From an uncultured Verrucomicrobiae bacterium (GTDB lineage Bacteria; Verrucomicrobiota; Verrucomicrobiia; Chthoniobacterales; JAFAMB01): a DNA stretch of 64,000 nt. The notes below the pieces were generated by a model. That model was not told the DNA's origin, did no database searches, and saw nothing but the letters and a program-made list of their open reading frames with translations. The position numbers were made by a program, and so were the translations under genes. The stretch lies in the NCBI GenBank assembly GCA_963813025.1, contig CAWEXO010000011.1, positions 256,001 through 320,000 of the forward strand, in the 5' to 3' direction. Each line of letters begins with the position of its first letter. Position 1 is the stretch's first letter. Of this stretch, positions 32,309 to 41,225 are shown piece after piece.

Positions 32309-34804
32309 TTACAGCCCCGTCGGATCGCTGCTTAAATCGATCGGTTCCGGCGGCGGCAAATCCACCTTCGCCGAACTCGATGGGTGATCGAGAGGGCCAA
32401 TCGGCTCTGCCCGGCGTACCGTCGGCTCCGGGGTAGTTACCGGAAGAGCGCGCGGGGCTGGGGTCCAGCCGGCTTTCGCTTGCGCCAGCTGTGTTTCCTC
32501 CATCCGTGGCCTGACGGTCTGATACGGATCATTACCAAGAAGGGTCGGCTCGCGCATCTGAACCGGAACTGCTCGGGCTGGATCTATCGCGGATGTCGCG
32601 CGCGGCACGTCTTGCGTCGGCGTCTTCAGGCGCCGTACAAAAGATCGCCGGTCGTCTCCGTGCAACCAACATTGCTCTTTCGGCAGCTGCTTGGCCGAGC
32701 AAAACTCGACAAACGTTCCCTTGCGCGGAGGAAAATTCGGGTCGTCCGAAACGTCCGCCGTTAGAGAGCATTTTGGAGAGGCGGGCAGCCCCGTTGAGAG
32801 ACAGACTTCCACTCGCTGCAGATCGATCGGACGGGCTAATGGACGCGGCCGCTCAGGGCCAACCGAAGCGTCCATCAGATCGCACCAGATCGGCAAGGCC
32901 AGCTCGTTCCCAAAGGCGCCGCGATAAATTGTCTGCGGTTTGTCGAATCCAACCCACACTCCGCAAGTGATCGCGCTGTCATAGCCGAAGAACCATGCAT
33001 CGGTGAAGTTGTATGCTGTTCCCGTTTTTCCGGCGGCCGGGAAATCTTTCAGCCCGTATTCGCGACGCGCTTTTGCGCCCGTCCCGACATTCAGCGCATC
33101 GCTCAAGAACGAATGCACCTCATAGGCGGCTTGCGGATCCATCACTGCCACTCGCTTGGGCTGGGCCCGGTACACCTCTTTCCCGTCGGAGTTTTCAATT
33201 CGTGTAACAATCGTCCAATGCTCAGGCCGGGAGCCCTCCCCTGGAAACATCAGGTAAGCCATCAACATGTCGTTCAGCGTTACCTCGCTGCTCCCTAGCA
33301 AAGTCGAGGGGTAGGATCGCAGGTCCTCCTGGATTCCAGCTCGCTTGGCCAGCTTGAACACGGAGTCCAACCCGGCAGCAAAGCCTACGCGGACCGACGC
33401 GGCGTTTTTTGAGTCGACCAGAATCTTGCGCATCGGGATGGCACCTTCATAGCGATTCTCCGCGCTTTCCACACCCCACTCACCTAAGATCCCGGTCGTA
33501 CCGCCGATCATCACTTGTCGATTGTCAATCGGTGAGTCGTCAAAGAGCGTTCCCGGAAAAACTCCTTTGTCCAAAGCCGCGGCAAACACCAGCGGAGTAA
33601 ACGCGGTGCCGGCTGGCCGCTTTGACTGGAGAGCGCGGTTGTAAACGCTTTGGCTGTAATCCCGCCCTCCGACCATCGCTAGAATCCCGCCCGTTTGATT
33701 GTCAACCGCCATTACCGCTCCCTGCAGATAGTCGGGAGTAGGAGCAGCGCTATTACCCGGTTGCCTCGACCGCAAATCCTTCAGCATCCGCGTATAATCG
33801 GCGTAGGTTTGGTGATGATAATCGCTGCGCGATTCCACCTCGTTCAGCACTCGCTGCACCGAGGCTTCCGCCGCTTTTTGCAGGTCCGAATCGAGGGTTG
33901 TATGAATTTTGTATCCCTCGGACTCCAGGGCTTCAAAGCCCAGGTCGCCTTCAGCCTGCTGGCGAATGTAGTCGACAGCATACGATTGCTGAGCCGGATT
34001 TGCTTTCGGCAAGACCTGGAGCGGTTCGCTTTGAGCCGCTTTGGCTTGCTCGCTGGAAATCTTGTTGTTCTCGACCATGCGACTGAGGACGAAATCGCGG
34101 CTGACGGTCGCCGCTTCGAGGCTGTGCCACGGCGACAGATTGTTCGGGCTCTTTAGGAGGCCAGCGAGCATAGCTGCCTCGCCGATTGTCAGATCTTTAG
34201 CGGATTTTCCGAAATAACCGCGCGCCGCCGCCTCCGCACCGTACAGCCCGCCACCAAAATAGACCCGATTCAGGTACAGCTCCATAATCCGATCCTTCGG
34301 TAGCGTCTTCTCGATTCGCATCGCCAAAAATGCCTCAAGGATTTTGCGATCGTAGGTACGGTCCTTCAGATCAAACGTATTGCGGGCCAGTTGCTGCGTC
34401 AGCGTGCTGGCGCCTTGCCGAATCCGACCAGCCTCGGTGTTTTTCAATGCCGCCCGGAACATTCCGAAAAAATCGATGCCGCCGTGTTCATAAAAGCGAT
34501 TGTCCTCCGCCGAAACGACCGCATCGATCAGGTTACGGGAAATCTGGTCCAGACTCACCTGTTGCCGATTCTGGACGAAAATCCGTCCGAACACTTTTCC
34601 GTGCCGATCGTAAACAACACTCGCCGACTCGAGATCGCCGACCTTGGAAAGATCGAACTCTTCAGCTTTCCGCTCGTATCGGAGGAAATAATTGAAATAG
34701 ACCCAAGCGGCGCCGGAACCGCCGGCTATGACCAGAAAAGCCAAACCCAGAAACCATGGTCGCAGATAGATTAGCCGATGTCCTTTCGGTTTACGCATAA
34801 ACAT
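32309..34804 (-). CDS. class A penicillin-binding protein (PBP1A family)
   Basis: Transglycosylase motifs EDNRFYEHGG, GASTLTQQLARN, RKILE, YLNRVYFG; transpeptidase-like domain with KTGT. Confidence 0.93.
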   Translation of the reverse strand: MFMRKPKGHRLIYLRPWFLGLAFLVIAGGSGAAWVYFNYFLRYERKAEEFDLSKVGDLESASVVYDRHGKVFGRIFVQNRQQVSLDQISRNLIDAVVSAEDNRFYEHGGIDFFGMFRAALKNTEAGRIRQGASTLTQQLARNTFDLKDRTYDRKILEAFLAMRIEKTLPKDRIMELYLNRVYFGGGLYGAEAAARGYFGKSAKDLTIGEAAMLAGLLKSPNNLSPWHSLEAATVSRDFVLSRMVENNKISSEQAKAAQSEPLQVLPKANPAQQSYAVDYIRQQAEGDLGFEALESEGYKIHTTLDSDLQKAAEASVQRVLNEVESRSDYHHQTYADYTRMLKDLRSRQPGNSAAPTPDYLQGAVMAVDNQTGGILAMVGGRDYSQSVYNRALQSKRPAGTAFTPLVFAAALDKGVFPGTLFDDSPIDNRQVMIGGTTGILGEWGVESAENRYEGAIPMRKILVDSKNAASVRVGFAAGLDSVFKLAKRAGIQEDLRSYPSTLLGSSEVTLNDMLMAYLMFPGEGSRPEHWTIVTRIENSDGKEVYRAQPKRVAVMDPQAAYEVHSFLSDALNVGTGAKARREYGLKDFPAAGKTGTAYNFTDAWFFGYDSAITCGVWVGFDKPQTIYRGAFGNELALPIWCDLMDASVGPERPRPLARPIDLQRVEVCLSTGLPASPKCSLTADVSDDPNFPPRKGTFVEFCSAKQLPKEQCWLHGDDRRSFVRRLKTPTQDVPRATSAIDPARAVPVQMREPTLLGNDPYQTVRPRMEETQLAQAKAGWTPAPRALPVTTPEPTVRRAEPIGPLDHPSSSAKVDLPPPEPIDLSSDPTGL

Positions 34805-35030
34805 CCAACAGGGTACCAGCTTTCACTAGGGAGCAGCCGGATCAACTTAAAAGTTCAACGGACCTCAATCGACGCGACGATGGAGAGCCGGTGCCAGTTG
34901 GCGGTCGCAACCCACAGGACCTGTACGACTCGCAGGAGCTATGGGACTCCGGGACAGGCAGTGACATTGGCCGGAATCCTTCTGGCAAATCTGGCTGTTG
35001 AACATTAAAGCCGCGCGTTGAAGTTTCGTT

Positions 35031-36171
35031 GTGCCTGCCGACTCGCGCTTCCTGGAATTCCTTCGCAGTGAGATCCTGGCCAATGGGCCAGTCCCATTTC
35101 CTTGGTTTATGGAGCAGGCGCTTTATCACCCGGAGTTTGGCTATTACCGAAAAGACCGTGTCCGGGTGGGCATCGGTGGCGACTACTACACCAGCGTCAG
35201 TGTTGGAGCGGCTTACGGCCTGATCCTGGCCGAACAGATCCGGGAGATGCATGAAGCACTCGGCCGACCCGAAAAGTTCACGATCGTTGAAGCAGGCGCC
35301 GAAGATGGCCAACTCGCGGCCGACATCCTTTCGTCTCTGGGCAGGATCGCACCGGATCAGAAAACATCCGGCTACGAATATGTCATCGTTGAGCCTTTCC
35401 CGGAAAAACAGCGTCAGCAGAAGCAATTTTTGGGGAATTTTACCAGGCAAATGCGCTGGGTCGAGACCATGGAATCCATCGGGCCACAGACAGGAGTAGT
35501 GCTCGCAAGCGAACTGCTGGATGCCTTTCCCGTGCACCTCGTCGAGCATTTCGGAAAGGAGTGGCGTGAACTGCGCGTCAATTGGTCAGACAATCGGCTA
35601 GGTTTGGAGCCATGGCCGGTGGAGGAGCCCGCCTTGGCTGAACACCTGGAGAAGCTGCCGATCCCGACGGCTATTCCCTACCGAACGGAGGTCAATCTTC
35701 GCGCGGCCGACTGGATGCAGGAGACTGGGCGAGCTGTGGAGCGCGGCTTTGTACTCGTAATCGACTACGGCTACTGCCGGGAAGAGTATTACAGTCCGCA
35801 AAGGACGGCTGGAACGCTCACCTGTTATCGGGGACACCACAAGACCTACGACCCTCTCGAAGCACCCGGTCAGATGGACATGACCGCGCACGTGGACTTC
35901 ACCACCGTGGTCGAAGCCGCGACCGCCGAGGTGCTGGGTGTCGTCGGCTTTGCCGACCAGCACCACTTCATGGTCGGGGCCGGTGAAGCCCGCTTGCGGA
36001 CCCTGGAAAAGCCGAATGGGCCCGAGTCCGGCAGAGACCAAGTTTCTGCGCGCCTACAAGACTCTGATGCTACCGGGCACGATGGGAATGACTTTCAAGT
36101 TTCTCCTTTTGAGCAAAGGGACGGCCGCTCCCGAGATAAGCGGGTTCCGCTACGCTGACGAGTCGCTCTAG
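35031..36171 (+). CDS. SAM-dependent methyltransferase, MidA/NDUFAF7 family (frameshift near 36030)
   Basis: FMEQALYHPEFGYY, GDYYTS, EAGAEDG, ELLDAFP, IDYG, DMTAHVDF. Confidence 0.9.
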
Positions 36172-36433
36172 GATCTCCCGGACTCGGGCAAAACATGGTA
36201 AAGCTCCATTTCTGGCGGGAACACCGTCACTGGCAACTCTGCAACCCTCACTTCCGGAATCGGGGATTTCTCGTACAGGGAGCCAGGGTCGTACTTTCAG
36301 TCGGGTGACACGAGCCTATTCGACGGAATACTGGGGTTCGGATGAAGGTTCTGAGCGTCCGCTGACATATACTTCCAGTAAAATGGGCTTTTGCCAGCAT
36401 CTGGATGTCTCGTAATGTTCTGAGTTTCCCGAG

Positions 36434-36515
36434 GCCGGGGTGGCGAAATTGGCAGACGCGCCAGACTTAGGATCTGGTGGAGAAATCCTTAGGGGTTCGA
36501 ATCCCCTCCCCGGTA
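36434..36515 (+). tRNA. tRNA-Leu (TAG)
   Basis: Cloverleaf with long variable arm; anticodon arm CCAGA-CTTAGGA-TCTGG. Confidence 0.97.
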
Positions 36516-36891
36516 TGAGTCCGCTCTGGCAAAACAGTCGAGACAAAAGCGTGCGCAACAGCCTGCCCGCGCTACCTTCCGCTCCCTTAGAACACCTTCC
36601 CGTATGGTTCCCTGGGTTTGTTTGTTTTAACCTCGACAAGTTGCGTTTTGCTTCCCTGGCAACGCCCCTCCAAAGGCATGCCGCGACCGGCCTTTCCCAG
36701 AAATATTGCCGCTGGGCAGGTTTTTTCTGAAACTTTGCTAATGAGTTCCGTCAAAGAGAACGAATCAGAATGAAAGCAATCCGGTCCTCTTCTATTCTTA
36801 AGTATCGGGGGGTTTTTGGATTTATTAAGAACGCGGGTTCAAAATCGCGCCTTTAGCAGATCCTTGTAGAACGTTGTGACGAACTACACCT

Positions 36892-37101
36892 GTGGAAGGA
36901 GAGCAGTGGGACAAAGTTCGCCAGTGGTTCGTCCTTGCCGAAGGGTTAGGAGAACCACTGAGTAGCTTTGAGCGTCGCAAGATGCTGATGCTGCTGATGG
37001 AGAAAGGATTCGGGTCCAGAGAGAAAATCAGGTCTGTTTTTCATTGGTCGGACATCGAACTCGAACGCGTTTCTCACCAAGTGGGCGTTCGGATCGATTG
37101 A
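36892..37101 (+). CDS. hypothetical protein, 69 aa
   Basis: Open frame with protein-like composition in an otherwise empty region; no recognised motif. Confidence 0.35.
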   Translation: MEGEQWDKVRQWFVLAEGLGEPLSSFERRKMLMLLMEKGFGSREKIRSVFHWSDIELERVSHQVGVRID

Positions 37102-37255
37102 GTTTTAGCTCGCTTCAGCATTATTCGCGGCCGTGACTTGTCGTCCATGGCCCTCAATGCCTTCATCATCGAACCTGGCGCGGACAGGCAGGCTGTGATC
37201 TGGCTTAAATCAACCCCCTTGAAGACGTTCTGAACTTTATTGTAAAAAACCTGAT

Positions 37256-37477
37256 ATGAAAAAAACATTGATCGCTGCTGTCGTGTTTGGATCGGTGCTA
37301 GGGAATTGCCTGACCGCGTTTGCTGATGAGGACCGACGTGATCATGATTGGAATGACGAGTACTGGCATCACAATCATTACGGATACTGGCATGGTGACC
37401 GAGGCTATTGGCGCAATCATCATCATCACCATGAATTCATCAAGGTTGGCCCGGTCACGATAGAAAAGGGCCACTAA
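37256..37477 (+). CDS. small secreted His/Trp/Asp-rich protein
   Basis: Signal peptide MKKTLIAAVVFG...AFA; mature part has YWH repeats and HHHHH. Confidence 0.75.
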   Translation: MKKTLIAAVVFGSVLGNCLTAFADEDRRDHDWNDEYWHHNHYGYWHGDRGYWRNHHHHHEFIKVGPVTIEKGH

Positions 37478-37804
37478 GCACCCAGGGTTCAGAAGCGTTT
37501 ACAGAAGTACATGGCGCAGTGCTCGAAGGCGGTACTTTCCGCCTTCGAGAGCTTCGGCGTGCACCGAGAGCAGATTCCCGACCGACGAAGCAAATTCCAA
37601 TATTTCACTCGGTCCATGCGCACCGTGCCCTCCGCTCACCTTGCCTGAATGATAACGCCCCACTTGGAACTTCGTGAGGATGACCGCATTTTCTGACCGA
37701 CGCACCAGCCGGACGTGATGATAAATCCTTTCCAGGCTTGCTCAATCGCCCTCGCCTTGACACCTGAAGCGTGAAACGCGACACGGGAAGCGATCAGAAC
37801 TCCA

Positions 37805-38472
37805 GTGCAAGTCAACGACCTTCTCACTTACGCTTTCGGTGCATTGGCCAGTTTGCTCGCGATTGTCAATCCTCCGATCGGATCCCACTTTTCCTGGCGC
37901 TCTCAGCGAGACTGACGCCCCAGGAGCGATCAAAACAAGCGCTGCGGGTGGCGCTCAATGTCGCGCTTATTCTGTGGTGCGTTCTGGCGTTTGGGAGTCT
38001 GATCCTCCAAGTCTTTGGCATATCGCTCGGCACAGTGCGAGTCGCCGGCGGCCTGATCATCGCCTTTCTCGGTTTCCGGATGTTGTTTCCCGCCAGGGCT
38101 CACGATCACGACCCGAAAGACCGGAATCTGGAACCGGCTGACGATCCGGGAGACTATAGTTTCGTTCCTCTCGCGTTACCGACGCTTGCCGGGCCCGGTT
38201 CGATGGCCGTCGTGATTGGGCTATCCACCGTGATTCAGCAGGACCACTCTTTGTCTGAACAGATCGCCAAATATCTCCTGACCGTCTTGATCATTCTCAT
38301 CGTGGCCATCGTCGTCTGGGTGGTCCTGCAAAGCAGCGGATTGATCGCCCGCCGACTGGGCGAGCACGGTTTGATCGCGCTCAGTCGGGTTCTGGGTTTT
38401 TTGATGGTTTGTATCGGTGTCCAGTTTCTTGCTTCCGGCATGCAGCAACTCATCCGAGCCGTGAACACCTGA
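37805..38472 (+). CDS. MarC family membrane protein (frameshift near 37880)
   Basis: GTG at 37805 gives ...ASLLAIVNP in a different frame; then IPLFLALS, RVAGGLII, VPLALPTLAGPGS, SRVLGFL. Confidence 0.9.
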
Positions 38473-38493
38473 CAGTGTTCGCTCCGGGATTCG

Positions 38494-38727
38494 TTACAAT
38501 TTCGCTTTAACCTGTCGCGCGAGCGCGTCGAAGTCCGGCCATTCGCCGGTTTGAAGCTTGGAGTAAAGCAGCTCGTTATTGACGCGAATTTCGAAAGCGC
38601 CGCCGCTCGAAGGAATGAGTTTGACCGAGTCAATCCCGGTCGTCTCACGAATTTTCGCCGCCAAACTGGCAGCCCTCGGCTCGTAGTTTCAGACCTTGCA
38701 GTATTCTATCGTGACGTCTTTTTTCAT
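38494..38727 (-). CDS. SelT/SelW/SelH (Rdx family) selenoprotein, 77 aa, Sec at residue 13
   Basis: MKKDVTIEYCKVUNYEPRAASLAAKI...LIPSSGGAFEIRVNNELLYSKLQTGEWPD...; in-frame TGA at 38689-38691 in CxxU; GGAG RBS; SECIS-like hairpin follows. Confidence 0.92.
38657..38673 (-). promoter_or_regulatory. putative bacterial SECIS element
   Basis: GCTGCCA-GTT-TGGCGGC hairpin starting 15 nt 3' of the UGA, with a G in the apical loop. Confidence 0.7.
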
Positions 38728-38757
38728 GAAGCGCTCCCTTGACCAGAGCCGACTTGT

Positions 38758-39000
38758 TCAGCCGGTGTAACCTTCGACCGTTTTCTCATCGCGAACGCGC
38801 GCCTGGTCCGGATCCTGCCCGGCCGCTCGTCGCGCTTGCCGCTGCCGAAGCAGATCCCAACATTGATCCAACATGACCTGAATTTTTCGGAGCCGGTCGC
38901 GATCAGCATCAGTTCCGAGACCCTGCGACTCACGCGAGAAAAGTTCGTGTTCCTCGCGCGCGAGCTCGTTTATATGATTAACGACCTGCGGATCGTCCAT
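38758..39000 (-). CDS. DUF2630 family protein
   Basis: MDD..V...INELAREEHEL...LDQCWDLLRQRQARR.AG.DPD.A.VR....VEGY. Confidence 0.88.
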   Translation of the reverse strand: MDDPQVVNHINELAREEHELFSRESQGLGTDADRDRLRKIQVMLDQCWDLLRQRQARRAAGQDPDQARVRDEKTVEGYTG

Positions 39001-39272
39001 GATGGTGTTCCTGATTTTCTGCTCCCGTATTATCCGCCCGGCTTTAGATCGTCGCCAGTCCAAATGCGCGTTGCTGAGGCAATGGCTGAAAAAAAACCTA
39101 AGCCAAGAAATGCCTAGCAAGAGATCGGATCGACCCTGAGAATATCTGGCAAAGCAGGAAACCGGATGACATCCGGGCGTTCAACCGAGCAAAGCCCGAT
39201 TTGTTCATTCGCAATCGAGAGCCGGCCGGGCGCTCGGATGAAAATTCCCGCGAGCTCGGAGCGAGGTAGCCG

Positions 39273-39328
39273 GACTCGGGACTCGTTACCCGGGACTCGT
39301 TACCCGCGACTCGGGACCCGGGACTTGG
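39273..39328. repeat. heptamer tandem repeat, 8 units (consensus near GACTCGG)
   Basis: GACTCGG GACTCGT TACCCGG GACTCGT TACCCGC GACTCGG GACCCGG GACTTGG, directly before the RBS of the aldo/keto reductase. Confidence 0.8.
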
Positions 39329-39341
39329 AAAGGAGAGTTGC

Positions 39342-40193
39342 TTGGAACGACGAAAGTTTGGTCCGACGGAGCGGAAAGTGTCCGTAATCGGACAAGGCAG
39401 CTGGTATCTTGAGACTAATGAGGGCGGTCCGGCAGGTGCGATTGCCGCTCTGCGCCGTGGCCTCGATCTTGGTCTGAACCATATCGACACGGCCGAGATG
39501 TATGGATCGGGCGCGGTTGAAGAGATCGTCGGTCAGGCGATCGCCGGCCAGCGAGACAAAGTCTTCCTGGTTTCAAAGGTGCTTCCCCAACATGCTTCGC
39601 GCGCGGGAACCATCAAGGCGTGCAACTATTCGCTGGCGCGCCTCCGGACGGATCACCTGGATTGCTACCTTCTGCACTGGCGCGGCTCGTACCCGCTGGA
39701 CGAAACCATTGCCGGATTCAGAGACTTGAAGAAGGAAGGGAAAATCCTGGCGTGGGGCGTAAGTAACTTCGATGTTTCCGATTTACAGGAAGCCCTGGAT
39801 CTTGCGGACGAAGGCGAGCTCGCCTGTAACCAGGTGCTCTATCATCTGGAAGAACGTGCCATCGAGCATGCGGTCCTGCCGCGGTGCGAGGAAAACGGTG
39901 TTGCTGTCGTCGCTTACAGTCCGTTCGGACACGGACACTTTCCCGGGCCGCGCTTAGCGGGCGGACGGTTGTTGGAGCAGATCGCGGCGCGCCATCGCGC
40001 CACTCCCCGACAAATAGCATTGAGCTTTCTCAACCGACGAACTTCGGTCTTTACCATCCCGAAGGCGGGCAACATTCGACATGTGGAAGACAACGGCGGG
40101 GCGGCGAAGATTCACCTGACGGATGATGAAATCGCGCAGATTGATCGTGCTTTTCCGCTCGGTCCACGGCCCAGGCACCTGCCCATGCTCTGA
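39342..40193 (+). CDS. aldo/keto reductase
   Basis: HIDTAEMYG, FLVSKV, DCYLLHW, WGVSNF, NQVLY, AYSP, IPKA; AGGAG RBS before the TTG start. Confidence 0.95.
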   Translation: MERRKFGPTERKVSVIGQGSWYLETNEGGPAGAIAALRRGLDLGLNHIDTAEMYGSGAVEEIVGQAIAGQRDKVFLVSKVLPQHASRAGTIKACNYSLARLRTDHLDCYLLHWRGSYPLDETIAGFRDLKKEGKILAWGVSNFDVSDLQEALDLADEGELACNQVLYHLEERAIEHAVLPRCEENGVAVVAYSPFGHGHFPGPRLAGGRLLEQIAARHRATPRQIALSFLNRRTSVFTIPKAGNIRHVEDNGGAAKIHLTDDEIAQIDRAFPLGPRPRHLPML

Positions 40194-40229
40194 TTGGATG
40201 GATCGCGACGTTTCTGCGGAAACCCTGCG

Positions 40230-40745
40230 GTGATCGCCCCAGATATCAACGTGCTCGTATACGCTGCATGGAACGAAGCAACGGATCATGCCGCCTACAG
40301 CGCTTGGCTCGAAACTGTCCGGCAACAGACGCGCCCATTAATCCTATTTGAACCGGTTCTCGCCGGATTTTTCCGAGTTCTCACTCACCGGCGCATTATT
40401 ACTCATCCTTTCACGTTCGCTGAGGTTGAAAAATGGGTGAATACCTTGCTGGAAACCGACACTGTTACCTTTGCTCGCGCCGGAGAACGGCACTGGCACA
40501 TTTTCTCAACGCTTTGCCGAACAACACGGGCGACCGGCAACTTTATCCCTGACGCATACCTCGCCGCATTAGCTATTGAGCGCGGATGCGAATGGATCAC
40601 TGCCGACCGCGGCTTCGCCCGCTTCCCTGCTCTAAAGTGGAGGCACCCGCTTACTCAAAAGCGTATCGCGCAAAGTCGATGGTCCCGTGCTCATCTCTTC
40701 CTAAATCTGTGTAAATCTGCGAAATCTGTGGTTATCCTCTACTGA
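40230..40745 (+). CDS. VapC-family PIN-domain ribonuclease toxin (no intact antitoxin)
   Basis: IAPDINVLVYA, GFFRVLTH, ATGNFIPDAYLAALAIE, TADRGFARFP; C-terminus runs on past the usual WRHPL end. Confidence 0.88.
   Translation: MIAPDINVLVYAAWNEATDHAAYSAWLETVRQQTRPLILFEPVLAGFFRVLTHRRIITHPFTFAEVEKWVNTLLETDTVTFARAGERHWHIFSTLCRTTRATGNFIPDAYLAALAIERGCEWITADRGFARFPALKWRHPLTQKRIAQSRWSRAHLFLNLCKSAKSVVILY
40705..40733. repeat. ATCTGYG-type 9/10-mer tandem repeat, 3 units
   Basis: ATCTGTGTAA ATCTGCGAA ATCTGTGGTT; a degenerate relative lies at 26782-26810. Confidence 0.55.
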
Positions 40746-40768
40746 CAGATCGGCGGAAGAAACAGAAT

Positions 40769-41092
40769 ATGCTTAAAGTCGCCCTACTCGTTCGTCTCGA
40801 AGCCAAGCACGGAAAAGAGGAGGAAGTTGCGGATTTCCTTCGTGCGGGCTTACCTCTCGTTCAACAGGAACCGGCCACCGTAGTCTGGTTCGGGATCCGC
40901 CTCGGACCCTCCACTTTTGGCATCTTCGACGCCTTTCCCGATGAAGCCGGCCGACAAGCTCATCTTTCGGGCAGGGTCGCCGCTGCGCTGATGGAGAAAG
41001 CGAGCGACCTCTTTTCCCAAGCGCCAGTCATCGAACGCGTCGATGTCCTAGCCGAGAAACTCCACGAGGCGCCGCCGAGTTTCAACGACTAA
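40769..41092 (+). CDS. antibiotic biosynthesis monooxygenase (ABM) domain protein
   Basis: LEAKHGKEEEVADFL, EPAT..WF, FGIFDAF.DEAGRQAHL.G. Confidence 0.88.
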   Translation: MLKVALLVRLEAKHGKEEEVADFLRAGLPLVQQEPATVVWFGIRLGPSTFGIFDAFPDEAGRQAHLSGRVAAALMEKASDLFSQAPVIERVDVLAEKLHEAPPSFND

Positions 41093-41225
41093 GCTGGGTC
41101 TTTCACTGTTCAGGACCCCGGCTGGGTTTCCGCTGTGCCGAGAATCGGTTGAACGCGCGCACGGATCCGTCAGGACTTGGCGAAATTCAGCAAGATCGTT
41201 CGGCGACAGACCTTGGCCAGAAGTA

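Noticed and set aside
34846..35008. Short inverted repeat TTAAAAGTTCAAC / GTTGAACATTAA as possible MITE ends
   Set aside because: Too short and imperfect, with no second copy seen.
37499..37770. Short ORFs and an 11-bp hairpin at about 37522-37549
   Set aside because: No recognisable protein motif or RNA family; the hairpin may simply end the His-rich gene transcript.
36516..41225. Prophage or integrative island at tRNA-Leu
   Set aside because: The genes look accessory, but no integrase, phage gene or duplicated tRNA 3' end was found.
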